A stretch of 64,000 bases of DNA from NCBI GenBank assembly GCA_024137785.1, contig JAHRHZ010000029.1, forward strand, positions 21,480,262 through 21,544,261, read 5' to 3'. The stretch is from Ginglymostoma cirratum (Eukaryota). The notes below the pieces were generated by a model. That model saw only the letters and a list, made by a program, of their open reading frames with translations. It was not told where the DNA came from and did no database searches. The position numbers and the translations under genes were made by a program. Shown here in pieces: positions 1 through 11,265 of this stretch; the stretch's first letter is position 1; each line of letters opens with the position of its first letter.

Positions 1-1567
1 GGTTTGTAAATCTGCTGTTATTAATTCCAGGTTTGCCGTAAAAGTCCAACTTTGACTCATGTCACAGAGGAAAGACCGAGTTGTGGATCAAAATGAGATC
101 TCAGCATTCATGGCAACCTGCTTAGTCTGCTGAATATTTAAACATTGCAATACAGAAAGGCCTAAAATGTTGACTTTGCAGGGCTCCAGTGTCTAACACT
201 AAATGATCTCCTAGTCTGCTCACGTACTGGGAAAGAAGCTTATGCTCAACAAGCCAAGTGTTTGTCACCTGCTTTTCGGAGGAGGTATGAGGTCAGCATT
301 TCAGCTTGATAGCCTGTAGTTGAATGCTAACTCTTTTTCCTCTCTCTGCATTGTTGCTTACCGGCTGAATAGTTAAAGCATCTTTAATTTTTATGCCAGA
401 TTTCCAGCATCTATGGTATTTTTCTTTTGTGTTACAAGCATTTCAATGTTCATGCATTGCAGAGATAGAAAGGTAGAAAAATAATCACTTAGGTCCCTTG
501 CTCCAGATAACCACTGAGTGATTCCTGTTGGTAAATTGGCAAATATGAAAAGGTGAGGTGTGGTTAGCCACCCACTGGCTAGCACCTATGCAACTCCTCT
601 CCAGAGAGAACCAAAATCCTCAGGAAAATAAGAGAGTAACTGAACAGAACACAAACACAAAACAAAGTATCAGGGTATGGGAGGTCAGAGTTGGAAATGG
701 AATGTTTCCATTTCCAGCATCACAAATCAGTATTAAATGTCTACCATTAGATAACGCTTAATAAAATACTTTCTGTTGCGACCAATGTACTTTTGCAGTC
801 CAACTTCAGAAGGTAATCTTCTACAGAATGATTGTGATATTTATTAATTTCCTATACCAGCCACCCTGCAGCATGTTGAGGTCTCCAATTCAAATTGATA
901 TGTGTTAAATTAGTCGTGACACCAGCCAGAGACTGCCCAACCTCATTTTATGTATGTTCCAGATAGCCATGAGAGAGGAGACTTTGATCCCATTAGTCAG
1001 TGCTCAACTGCAAAGTTCTGGAACTAGAATGGAAGTGTGGTATTCAATGTCCCAGTGAACAGTGACGTGGAACAAAAAGGTTGCAAATGTATTTCTTTTT
1101 TAATTACAACTTTACTGACTCCATTAGACATTACTTGCTTCAGGAAGTGGAACCATTGGACAATATCCAAAGAACATATGAACTGCTAGACAAAAAAACT
1201 AGACAAAGGCCCATCTATTTCATGGTCTATCATCTTGGTCATCACATGATACAATTAGTCATGATAGTTGTTGACTACATCATAGCAATCAATCTCAATT
1301 AGTTAGTCTACTGCAGACCCAGACATGATGTGAAAGAAGGCCTGGTGTTGGACAGATTTGGGAACCATAGATCCAAAACCAGTTGTTCCTCTGAGCATGC
1401 TACCACATATGTCTCAAATTGCTTGTGTACTGCATTCCAAAAATGTTACTTGCTGAAAGAAGTAACAAAAGTATTCTAATTTGCATTTGAATGTATCGAT
1501 ACTAGCTATTCCATCATTTCCTGTGGGAGCCTATTCTTTAGATTGACCACTTGCTCAGTGAGATATG

Positions 1568-2196
1568 GGGCAGGATTTTCTATTTTGGGTTGGTGCCTGA
1601 TGTTGGGTTCAAACGTGGATCCCAATCCAACACCATCTCGGAGCAGTTGCTCCAAATTAATTTTTGATGGATTAGCCAATAAGTGGCCAGAAGGCACACT
1701 GGTCATCCAACTAAGGATAGCGGGCAGTCTTTTTAAGCTAGAGGGCCAATAGGAGATCTTCTGAAGAAGCTGCACCTGCGAACAGTGCTAATGGAGACAA
1801 AGAGCATTTCCACCATGAGGTGCTCCCTGAACCTAAATAAAATGTTTCAAAACAAAAATGGCCGCAGCTATTGGACCACCCTTATGAAGGGAAAATCCTT
1901 GCTGTAATCAGATAGGTATGGCAGCCATAGGGTGAGCTTCAAAGTGATCACAAAATCTTGGTCTGCTGCTGGGAAGCAGCCTCAAGTGTCCTTTGTGTTC
2001 CTGATGGGATGTAGGGGGGTCACATGTCAACTGGAAAATTCCAGTCAGCCTCTGATTAATGGCCTTAACTGGTCTTTGGATCTGTTTTGGGTGGAAAGCT
2101 GTTCATTACCAGATCCAGCTTCTGGGAAAATGGGCAGGAGTCAGGATTATGGTAGGGTTCAGGTATACAGAGGAAGAGTGCTGTGAAATTCTGTCT
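1568..2196. mobile_element. Degraded non-autonomous TIR DNA element (Harbinger-type MITE-like)
   Basis: GC-richer island starting GGGCAGGATTTTC and ending GAAATTCTGTCT (imperfect inverted termini); termini resemble those of the 27114-28183 element. Confidence 0.4.
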
Positions 2197-3767
2197 GTCC
2201 CCACACTGGTACCAAAACCCACTTATGATTTCTGCCAATTAGTACTGAATTCATTCCTCTTCAAGTGGAAGCCTAGTTCTATTACGCTGAGCACAGTCAA
2301 GAAACATAAAGTTTAAATCAATACACCATTTTATATCCACCACACACACATCCAGTGACCTCACCAGATAAACTAACAGCTTCATTAGTTTTCTGACAAG
2401 GCCCGGTGCCAATTGTTATCAGATTTATTAATTCAGTATTCTACTGTCTGTCAGGCGCCTACAGGTCATACTTTTATCGGCACATCCCTCCGCCACAATT
2501 TCCTGTCTCTCTTGGTCTGTGTGTAGTTACTACATCTACCTAGATATTGTTTCCACAATGCTCAAAAGCCCAGTTCAAAATTTCTATTTGACTTCATGGT
2601 ATACAGTCATCCTTTTAATGTGTGTTATATCAAGTAGAGAACAAGTTACAACCACACAAATGAGGAAATGGTTCTCATCATAAAATAGATCTGCTTTGCT
2701 TAAAGACATAAATGGAAACAGCGCAAAATGCCAGGGATTCTAATTGTTCATCCTGTTTTAGTGCTCTGGCTCCATGTGAATCAGCACATTTCTCAGATTC
2801 AATAACTCAATCTTGCATTGATTATTTGGAATATTTATATACATATTGAATTAATATCACACCAGAAACATACCTCTGGGAAGAGAGATTTTGTACCTAG
2901 GCAATAAATGTGATCACTGGATTCAGTATAGTGGTTTTTGTTTTTAAAGGCACACATAGCCATTGTTAGAAATAATTTCCACTGTAGATAATTGTCAATC
3001 ACCTCATTAGTCTCTCACTCCTTCCCATATCTTTAATGTGCATTATGTTGATACAAAAAGTAGTCATTTCCAAGAACAAGTATTGCACACATGCCAAAAA
3101 CTCAATATTTAAAAAAAGGTTCTAGTATAGCCAAACTCTGTTGGAATTCTGATAGTCATAAACTCTGCTTTGACATCTGTTTCCAGAGTACTGCTGGTAT
3201 GCAAACTATTGTCTATTGGATGTATGTTGCAGTTATGTTTGCCAGGGTTAAAGACTGGGTCAATTTGATTGAAAAGCTAAAATTAGCTCCTGTATGTTTT
3301 CCTAAGACTACCGTAAACCCCTTTGTTTTTGCTTGAACTTTGGCCTCCAATTTCTTTGCTGCTTAGTCAATTACCATGCAACATAAAGCTATGAAATAAA
3401 TCCTAGGATCAATTCTGCTCTGCAAATTACTTCTTCCAAAACCTAAATGAATAGAGGGTTTTGAAAAGTAAAGGGCTTAAAATAATATTGAGTTAGAATA
3501 CTAAATCACATTTTTTCTTGCTTGAAAACATTGCTGACATAAACAACTCCAAACAGCTGTGATAAATGTTAGCATTTCCAACTTCCAACATAGCAATAAT
3601 TTGCTTTGTGATAATTTCAAGTGCAAAAGCTTATGACTTAGTGCAAACAACATCCTTCACATATTTTTTTCATAAAGCAAATAGCAAACATTTATCTCTA
3701 TGACATTTTTGCAATTATTGTCATTCAGATACGATCCAATGTAGACAAATCAGGACAGATGGAACAA

Positions 3768-3900
3768 TGAGGAAGGGTCACTGGACCCAAAACATTTACT
3801 CTGATTTCTCTTCACTGATGCTACTAGATTTGCTCAGCTTTTCCAGCAATTTCTGTGTTTGTTTCTGATTTACAGCATCTGCAATTCTTTTGGTTTTTAA
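3768..3900 (+). mobile_element. Penelope-like element terminal repeat fragment with decayed hammerhead motif
   Basis: TGAGGA-A-GGGTC-ACTG-GACCC-AAAAC followed by the recurrent tail GATGCT..AGATTTGCTCAGCTTTTCCAGCAATTTCTG..CAGCATCTGCA. Confidence 0.65.
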
Positions 3901-3948
3901 TCAGATGTATGTGTCAGTTATACTGCAGAATTTCTGTTAAGTTGCATA

Positions 3949-4180
3949 TAAAAACAAAGAACAGTGCTGGAGATCTGAAATAAATACTGAAGGTGCCGCA
4001 GAAACTCAGATGGTCTGGCAGCGTGTGAGAGAAACAGGGTTAATATTTTGAATCCAGTATGACGTCGTAGGAACTGAGGAAGCATAATATTGAAATTGAA
4101 ACGTTGACTCTGTTTCTCATTTAACAGATGCTGCCAGGCTTGCTCAGCATCTCCAGCACTTTCAGTTCTTATTTGTATCA
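3949..4180. mobile_element. Fold-back pair of PLE terminal repeats (old subfamily)
   Basis: Left arm ...AAACTCAGATGGTCTGGCAGCGTGTGAGAGAAACAGGGTTAA is the inverted counterpart of right arm TTGACTCTGTTTCTC..CAGATGCTGCCAGGCTTGCTCAGCATCTCCAGCAC. Confidence 0.65.
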
Positions 4181-4629
4181 GCACAACCTGAGGTTGATGT
4201 TGGCTGATTAAATGGCATCAAGAAATGATGGCCTGCTTTAACATTACAACAACTGTGGGGAACAGTTATGTTTATGATGCTCCCAGACAAATGGCTGGAT
4301 TAGCACAACAATTTTTTAAAAGAATTAACAGTTAATAAATTCATTAGTATTGTATTGCTAGTGAACAAAGTTGAACAAATGCAAGCAAAAACTTGCAGAA
4401 CTCAACTTTTTCTCGACAGAAATGATATAGGGTGGCAGTATAACTCAGTATTAAAATTCATGTTTTATGTAACCGTATATATAAAAGTAAGCACTTAAAC
4501 ACTGGCTCAGAAACTGGTGCAAGCAATTGCTCTGCAAAAGCAATGATACCGTACAACTTTATTAAATATGTCATGGTGAAGGCATCTGCTACAGTCTGTA
4601 ATTTTATTTGTCAGCCAACCATTGCAACA

Positions 4630-5250
4630 TAACTTTCAACATAGCTTTTCATTTGAAAATTATCATTGGCTTTAAATTTGTTTCATTGGCCATCTTGCCT
4701 AGTTTTGTCATGTCTTCTCCTGTCCTGTTGTCTTCACTATAACTGTTTAAAACCTTTTCATTCCATGATTTGACTGGTGGGTATATCAAAATTCATGGGT
4801 TTTTCATCCATGTTGTCAATGAGACTTCATGGGCACTTGTGTTGTCACTGTTTGATGATGCATTGTTGGAAATTTGTAATTTTAGTATCAAGGTCCTTTG
4901 GTTCTTTCCAAGTGATCTTGATTTTCTGCCGCACTCTCTTCTGTGCTCTAGATTTGATTAGTCCCAATTAAATGCATGTTTATGCACTATTTCTGTTGAT
5001 GATGTAACATTCTGATAATTTTCAAGGACCCATTCTGATCCATGTTTCTCAAGGCTAGTGGCTATTCTGTTATAATGGCACATTTCATTTTGGTCAGATT
5101 CTTAAGGGCAGATTCCTCCTTCTACTCCTGCATGTTTTTCACTAGCACTAAATTCCCTCATTGCAGCAGAGCTATTTGATGGCTTAGTGAACATTACAAC
5201 TTTTAACATGAAAGCAGCTTCACACTTCATTCGTTTTGCTGAAGGAACTA
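4630..5250 (-). pseudogene. Fossil pogo-family (POGK/Passer-like) DDE transposase
   Basis: Manual minus-strand translation with stops/frameshifts: PSAKRMKCEAAFMLKVV..SAAMREF (N-terminal DNA-binding domain), PKDLDTKITNFQQCIIKQ, LIDNMDEKPMNFDIP, VKTTGQEKT, ANETNLKPMIIFK; matches the pogo DDE_1 pattern NMDETP..FD..KTTGHEK..ADGTKLKPMIIFK. Confidence 0.8.
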
Positions 5251-6589
5251 TTTCTGTTAGTCACTTACTGTGCCTTGTGTGATGTGTTTTGTGTGAGCAT
5301 GTCTTGATACCCTTGCCACCTTTTTCACAGTACAGCCCATATCACCTACTTGGGGCGAAGATTTACAGTATAACTTAAGCAGAACATGCAGTTTTTGGGT
5401 AAACACTAAGATTGGTTACTGAAGTGAATATAGCATTTTATAGCTGAGAAAGGGGGTCAGCTTCCACGCCAAGTATATTCAAAAGCATGACGTTTGGCGC
5501 CAATAAAAATTTCTCTACTGCTACACAAGGCATCCACTGACAACATCAATGTTGGATAATCCTTTAATAACCCATTAACTCTGTCATCAAGATGTAAACA
5601 CAGCCCACTTAACGACATAAGTAATTACAGACTTTTTGAGACACAGACAAGCATTCACAACAGCTCTGGCTGTCAAAACAAATCTTGAGGGACACCAATT
5701 ATGGAATCAAGTGAAACTGAAAGACCAGGCAGCCTTATTTTTAAAACTGTACTTTCCATTTTAAAGTAGAGTTTCTGTCAATCAATGAAGAGTAATAGAT
5801 GAATCAGTTTAGTTTGTTTTTAATATTCAACAGAAGAGCCGTTCTTTTCAAAGCTAAAAATCACTCAATATTGAAATCTTAGTTCAAAACATGACAGGAG
5901 AGTTTCTCAGTTCTTTGTTTTTTTTCAGTTTTAGGTGCGTTATGGCAATTACGTCACTGAGAAAAGTCCTGTATAGTACGCCAACACTTATACAATGGTA
6001 GTCAATATGCCAGTCAAATTATCTTTGCGGGATGGAGCCTGTAATCAATCACGGCAGTAAAAATATGTCTAATTTGCAATATAACATCTCACTACTGAAA
6101 TTAAATTAATTTTAGTTTTGTCTTTTGAAGTTTGAAAACTAAAGAATTTCAACAGCAGATGATTTTTTTCTCTCTAATTCTCCACTTGGAACTGGAGATG
6201 CCTCATGATTCACAACTCCTCTGAGATACCACAAATCATATCTCCTGCCAAAATGAGCCTGCCTCCATAAAAATAGTGAGGGGTTTGAAATGCCCACGCC
6301 TATGATGGAGTAAGCAAATGAAGTTTTGCTGAGTGCAAGGACATCTTGGGGCCAAACAAATCCCAGGCAAGGGAAAGGGGCTGGGAATCATTCTCCACCT
6401 ATCACACAGGTGAAAGCATGAAATTCCAAGCGAATGCCTCTCAATCCATTTTCATAAACTGCTTGCAACTTTGAAGCCTGAGTTCACACATAGTTTGCAA
6501 GATCTATAGGAAAACCTGAGCTTCCTAATGAAAAGCTATAGCATGAGGACAGGAAGTAATGAGTTACGGCGTGCCATGTGGAATATCAG

Positions 6590-6858
6590 CATTTTAGACA
6601 AGAGTTAATCTTCTTACTGTTCACATAGGCATAAAATAACCCATGGCTATTCAAAGAGGACCAAGGAGCTTTCCTAGTGCCTAAGGCAATTTTTTGCTTC
6701 AATCAACACCATAACAATGGATTAACTAGTCTCTTTTGCACTGCCATATATGGAACATTGTTATGCATAAGTTAGTTACTGTGCTTCCCTACCTTACAAC
6801 AGTGACTTTGACAATTGAGGGTATGAAAGGTTCTAAATGGTTGCAAGCCCTTTCTTCT
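6590..6858 (+). mobile_element. Deu-domain SINE (SacSINE1/AmnSINE-like), degraded
   Basis: CCCATGGCTATTCAAAGAGG..TTCAATCAACACC..CCTACCTTACAACAGTGACT..GAAAGG..TGCAAG matches the recalled Deu domain and tail; antisense sibling at 52715-53140. Confidence 0.65.
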
Positions 6859-7237
6859 CCAGTGATGATATTTTTATGATTTCTGTATTGTAATAAAAGC
6901 CATAAGCAAAGCAGATAATGTAAGAATGTGATACAAGTGACCATTACATTGCAGATTCTACATTGTTTTTACATTCTACACTGCTACATTTCCCACATTT
7001 TCTTGAACACAGAAACTACAAAAATTACTAAACACCTCAGCTGGGAGATATACCAATGCGATCTAGTTGCCATGGCGACTAGAATTCAAATCCATTGAGG
7101 TGGATGATAATTTAATACATTTTCACATTATCTCACAGTAAAGAAAAAGGGCTGTTTTTTGAGATCCAACAAGGTACTAATGTGTGAAAGACAGGGTAGG
7201 AAATATTTTTGTGTTAACAACCAAGGAGTATCTTGTG

Positions 7238-7322
7238 AGAGATAAAAGGTACTGCAGATGCGGGAGAATCCGAGATAACAAGGTGTGGGGCTGGATGAAC
7301 ACAGCAGGCCAAGCAGCATCAT
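7238..7322 (-). mobile_element. Young PLE terminal-repeat fragment
   Basis: GAGATAAAAGGTACTGCAGATG..GATAACAAGGTGTGGGGCTGGATGAACACAGCAGGCCAAGCAGCATCA, near-identical to 42488-42570; TGAGAGAT duplicated at both flanks. Confidence 0.8.
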
Positions 7323-10300
7323 GAGAGATTTGATTTCTGTACAAAAAACAGGATAGAACAAACAGAGCTCTTTTAGATTTAAGGAACAGGGAGTCACTGA
7401 AGTCAGCCTTGGTGGCAATAATCAGATCCATAAATCCCAAACAGGGAATGTTTCTGTAAAATACACGTCAATCAAAAGTATAATGTTATGTTAAAGTGTT
7501 TAATAAAATGTATTTTGGTTGTTCTAGTTAGTGAGAGGGAAACTTCCTTTTTACTCAGTTTGACATATCAGTTTCCTGTTAAATAATGTTTGATCTATGT
7601 TTATAATCTATGATTTTAGTTTGCTTGTTACAGTAAAAGTCATAAAATATGAAATCGTGTCAATCCATTTATTTCTATTGGTTGCTTAGGAAATTCATTC
7701 CTTTTAAAAGAAAAATCAGTCTCTAAAGCAATTATCACACTGCTGACTAAGAATGGGGCAAAAAAAGAAGTCAGGCTTAAGCTCCCTAAAACAATCACTT
7801 AGTTTATATATAAAATGGGACACTGAAAAATAAATATTATCTGTGTACATAAAATGTACGTGAATTCTGCCAAATACTATTTGCTACCATCATTAGAATG
7901 GACATGAATGTTACACTCTACTTAACTTGTAAAATCCATTCCTCTCCAAATTCTGGAAAAGAGCAACATCTTTATTAAGCAAATGTAGAGCATTTCACTA
8001 GAATCCACTTCCTGCTCATGCTAATCCTGGCATGAAAATTCCAATGCTGTGACCAACTTTGAACCACAAAATTTCATTAAATCCATTCTAGATTTGCAGG
8101 ATGTTTATTGTAATGTGTTCAGCATGGACGAAACATTTTCTGGGGCAAACATGCTTTCTGCAAGTTTCAAAAGGCAGTTCGATCCCACATACTGTTCTAA
8201 TTTTCTGATGCTATCAGATCTGTCATACATAATGATTGTTGCAAAATATATATATATATAAAATATAGATATATTTTAAAACGAGGAGTGTTGACTACTT
8301 TGTTTTACAAGTGATGCTAAAATACAATGTTCACTAGGGTGTGGAGGAGTAAGTTGTCTCCAAGAAAATATGTCTTCCTTGACCTGCTTGGTCCTATTCT
8401 ATAATTCCTTGCACTTTTTACCCTGGAAATATGTGACCTTTGCTATTAATAAAAGATGTCTCATCAAAAAAACAACAAGCTACAGAATGCAGGGGAAACA
8501 GCAATATGTGCAGGGGATGAAACCTTCTCTGTATTATTAAATGATAATTAAAGCCTGTAAGCAATATTTGCCTGGGAAACAATTAAAAGTGAGGAGATTA
8601 ATTTCATAGATAAAGGGGATAACTGATGATAACAGGAGAGCCTTTAAAGAGTTTCTGTGGGTGTAGGGAAATGGAGCTTCCCAGCCTATATGCTGGGATA
8701 AGTCCATATTCAGCATCTGTCGATCGTCCCATCATAAATTCCCAGGTGCGGGACTGGGACACAGACTGGGGCCAAGAGAAAGTTCTGATGACTGGAAAGT
8801 ATCCAGGCACTGAAGAAGTTGCACAGTGGTGGATGGTGGGCCCTTAGGCTTTCAAGTAAAATAAAAGTTTGAGTTGTTTTCCTGTACCCTGACTTGGAAT
8901 CCCAATTGAGCCCCAGGGAGCTATGTTAGTTTTTGACTGAGAGCCAGCACACAGAAACTCCAGCCTTCTTAATTCACAACCCATGGTGCCACACCTCCCA
9001 TTCTGCTCAGCCACAGCTGAATACTAAACTGAGGCTTTGATTCCTGCTAAATTTATGACTTACATCTGCCAGAACATCCATAGATTTGTTGACTGTGGAT
9101 TGCTTCTAAGATATATCATCACTTCAGCTTACTTATCATAGTCCCATGCTTACTTTTTAAGTTCTATTTTTATTACAGATTTTCAGCATCTGCAGTTTTT
9201 ATTTTGTTCTATTGTTTATCTTACTGCCCTTTTTCTTCCAAGAAAGAATACCTCTAGAAGTTCTGCTTTTCTCTTGAGATTATTATGTGTTTCTTTTCTA
9301 CTGTTCACATTTGTTGATATTGGTATTTTATGTCTGATCATGCATTTTAAAAAATTTGTAGTTATGACCACATGCACTTTCCTAGAACTCATTTCAGCTT
9401 TTACTAGTCCTGACAAAATGTTATTAACCGAACATATTAATCCCATGTGTTTTACCACATAAATGCTGTCTGGCGTGCTGAGCGATTCAAGCATTTTCTG
9501 TTTGTATTTACTGTTTCTTTGCTCTTTATGGGGAGAAGAATTGAACCAAAGCTGTCACAGGACCACCGAAAGCAGAAGACAGTAAGCTTGACTTTCCCTC
9601 TGGGGTCTGGCTCCACATATCAGCTTCAGTTCCATGTTGGAAATCTGGAAGTGTCCACGGTGGATGTCGATCAAGTAAGCCAATTAAGAAGTTGCCTCTG
9701 GAAATGCAATCAGTTAAGCACAATGGGTAGATTGGACCTTCACTAATGACCAACCAGCCAACACCATGAAAAGAGGTTTCTATTAGCAAAATAGGCAGGA
9801 GACTGTGAAAAGCCCTCAAAGTAGAGGATGGCCAGCTGTAGCTCCTCAGCAGATCTGCGCTGGGGAGAAGAGATGAAATATTGATGGCTCCCCCAGCTTT
9901 CTGTCAGGAAATCACTTTCAGTGGAATGATGGGCCCTAGTCTCAACAGGGTGGCTGGCTGCAGTTACAGCATGTCTCCCGAAATCAGCCAGGAAGTGATC
10001 CTGATTCACTACCAACTGTTGCTGGGTAGGTAGCATCCGCTGTGTTAACTTCACCTATGGCAAGATTTTTCTCCCAGCCCCGCCACCTAATCTTCTTCCA
10101 CAGGACCAGGGAATATCTATGTCAACTGGCTGAGGGTAACAGTGCACTCTAAAATTACTGTCATTCCCAAATGAGTAGTCTTCTGGACCATCTGCAGCCA
10201 AAATTATAAGGCCAAGCTCTCTCACTATCGCACTGTAATATGTAAATTGTAACTTACAATATTGATACTGTCCATATTACATATACCATGTTGTTGCTCA

Positions 10301-10384
10301 AGTAATGAGCAATCACTAACAGTTACAGAATTATAATTCAGAATTATTATTTCATAAGAAAAACTTGTGTAATCATTGTGTACT

Positions 10385-10680
10385 TATTATACAAAGTGCT
10401 TCATGAACATTGAAAAGCAGTTGCGTTGTAAGAAATTTTGGTGGCCATCTTGTGTACAGGATTCCCACAATAACAACTAATTAATGTACTGAGAGAGAAA
10501 TGTTCCCCAAGATACCAGAACTATCTGCTCCTCTATGAATGTGAATTTTTGCAAGAATTAAACCACCAGAACATGAACCACATTTAATAATGAAGCACTT
10601 TTGCAATGTTGCATATGTTATTTTGACAGAGTCTGATTTCAGGCTTGAATGCAAAACTCTCTGAGAGTAAGAGGTGCGAG
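10385..10680 (-). mobile_element. Deu-domain SINE remnant
   Basis: AAAGTGCTTCA..GTTGTAAGAAA..GGCCATCTTGTGTACAGGATTCCCACAA..CCAAGATACCAG aligns by eye with 52715-53140. Confidence 0.5.
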
Positions 10681-10776
10681 ATATCTACAGGCTGCACATT
10701 CTGATCACTTGATCTAAACTAGCAAGATCCTTTCTCCCCCAGCACTCCAACCATCCTCTGCCCCAGACTTCATTTC

Positions 10777-10815
10777 AGCTCTGATGAAAGGTCATCTAGA
10801 CTCGAAATGTTAGCT
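10777..10815 (+). ncRNA. Minimal type I hammerhead ribozyme motif (PLE-associated)
   Basis: AGCT (stem I)-CTGATGA-A-AGGTC atcta GACTC (stem II)-GAAA-TGTT-AGCT (stem I'); some non-consensus positions. Confidence 0.55.
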
Positions 10816-10819
10816 TGCT

Positions 10820-10857
10820 TTCTCTGATGAAGGGTCTAGGCCCGAAACGTCAAGCTT
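10820..10857 (+). ncRNA. Minimal type I hammerhead ribozyme motif (PLE-associated)
   Basis: Intact core CTGATGA-A-GGG tctagg CCC-GAAAC-GTC, with palindromic ACGT stem III typical of dimer-type PLE hammerheads; stem I is weak. Confidence 0.7.
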
Positions 10858-11019
10858 TCCTGCTCCTATGATGCTGCTTGGCCTGCTGTGTTCATCCAGC
10901 TCCACACCTTGTTATCTCTCTTCTCTCTATAGATGCTGCCTGACCTGTTGTGAACTCTAGCAGTTTTTGTTTTCACTTCAGTAATTTGCCCCTACGTTGT
11001 GTTATCATACCTTACTATC

Positions 11020-11265
11020 AGAATTCAATAAAAATTTAGAATTAAGAGTCAAACAAAGACCACAAAACCTTTGTTGTTGGAAAAAAACTCATTTGGTCCA
11101 CCACTGCCTTTTAGGGAAGGAACTGCCATCCTTACCTGGTTTGGCTGCCATGTGACTCCAGACCTAAAGCAATGTGGTTGACCCTTAACTGCTCTCTAGG
11201 CAATTAGGAATGAATAACAAATTGTCCAGCCAGTGATGTCCACATCCCATGAATGAATAAAAAAA
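11020..11265 (+). mobile_element. 5'-truncated tRNA-derived SINE (same family as 54470-54835)
   Basis: GAATTCAATAAA..CTTTTAGGGAAGGAACTGCCATCCTTACCTGG..GACTCCAGACC..GGCAATTAGG..CACATCCCATGAATGAATAAAAAA. Confidence 0.8.

Larger units (their letters stand above)
10740..10980 (+). mobile_element. Old PLE terminal repeat with a nested young PLE terminal repeat (about 10822-10918)
   Basis: Old-family sequence ..GAAATGTTAGCTTGCTTTCTC is interrupted by CTGATGAAGGGTCTAGGCCCGAAACGTC..CTTGTTATCTC and resumes at TAGATGCTGCCTGACCTG. Confidence 0.75.
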
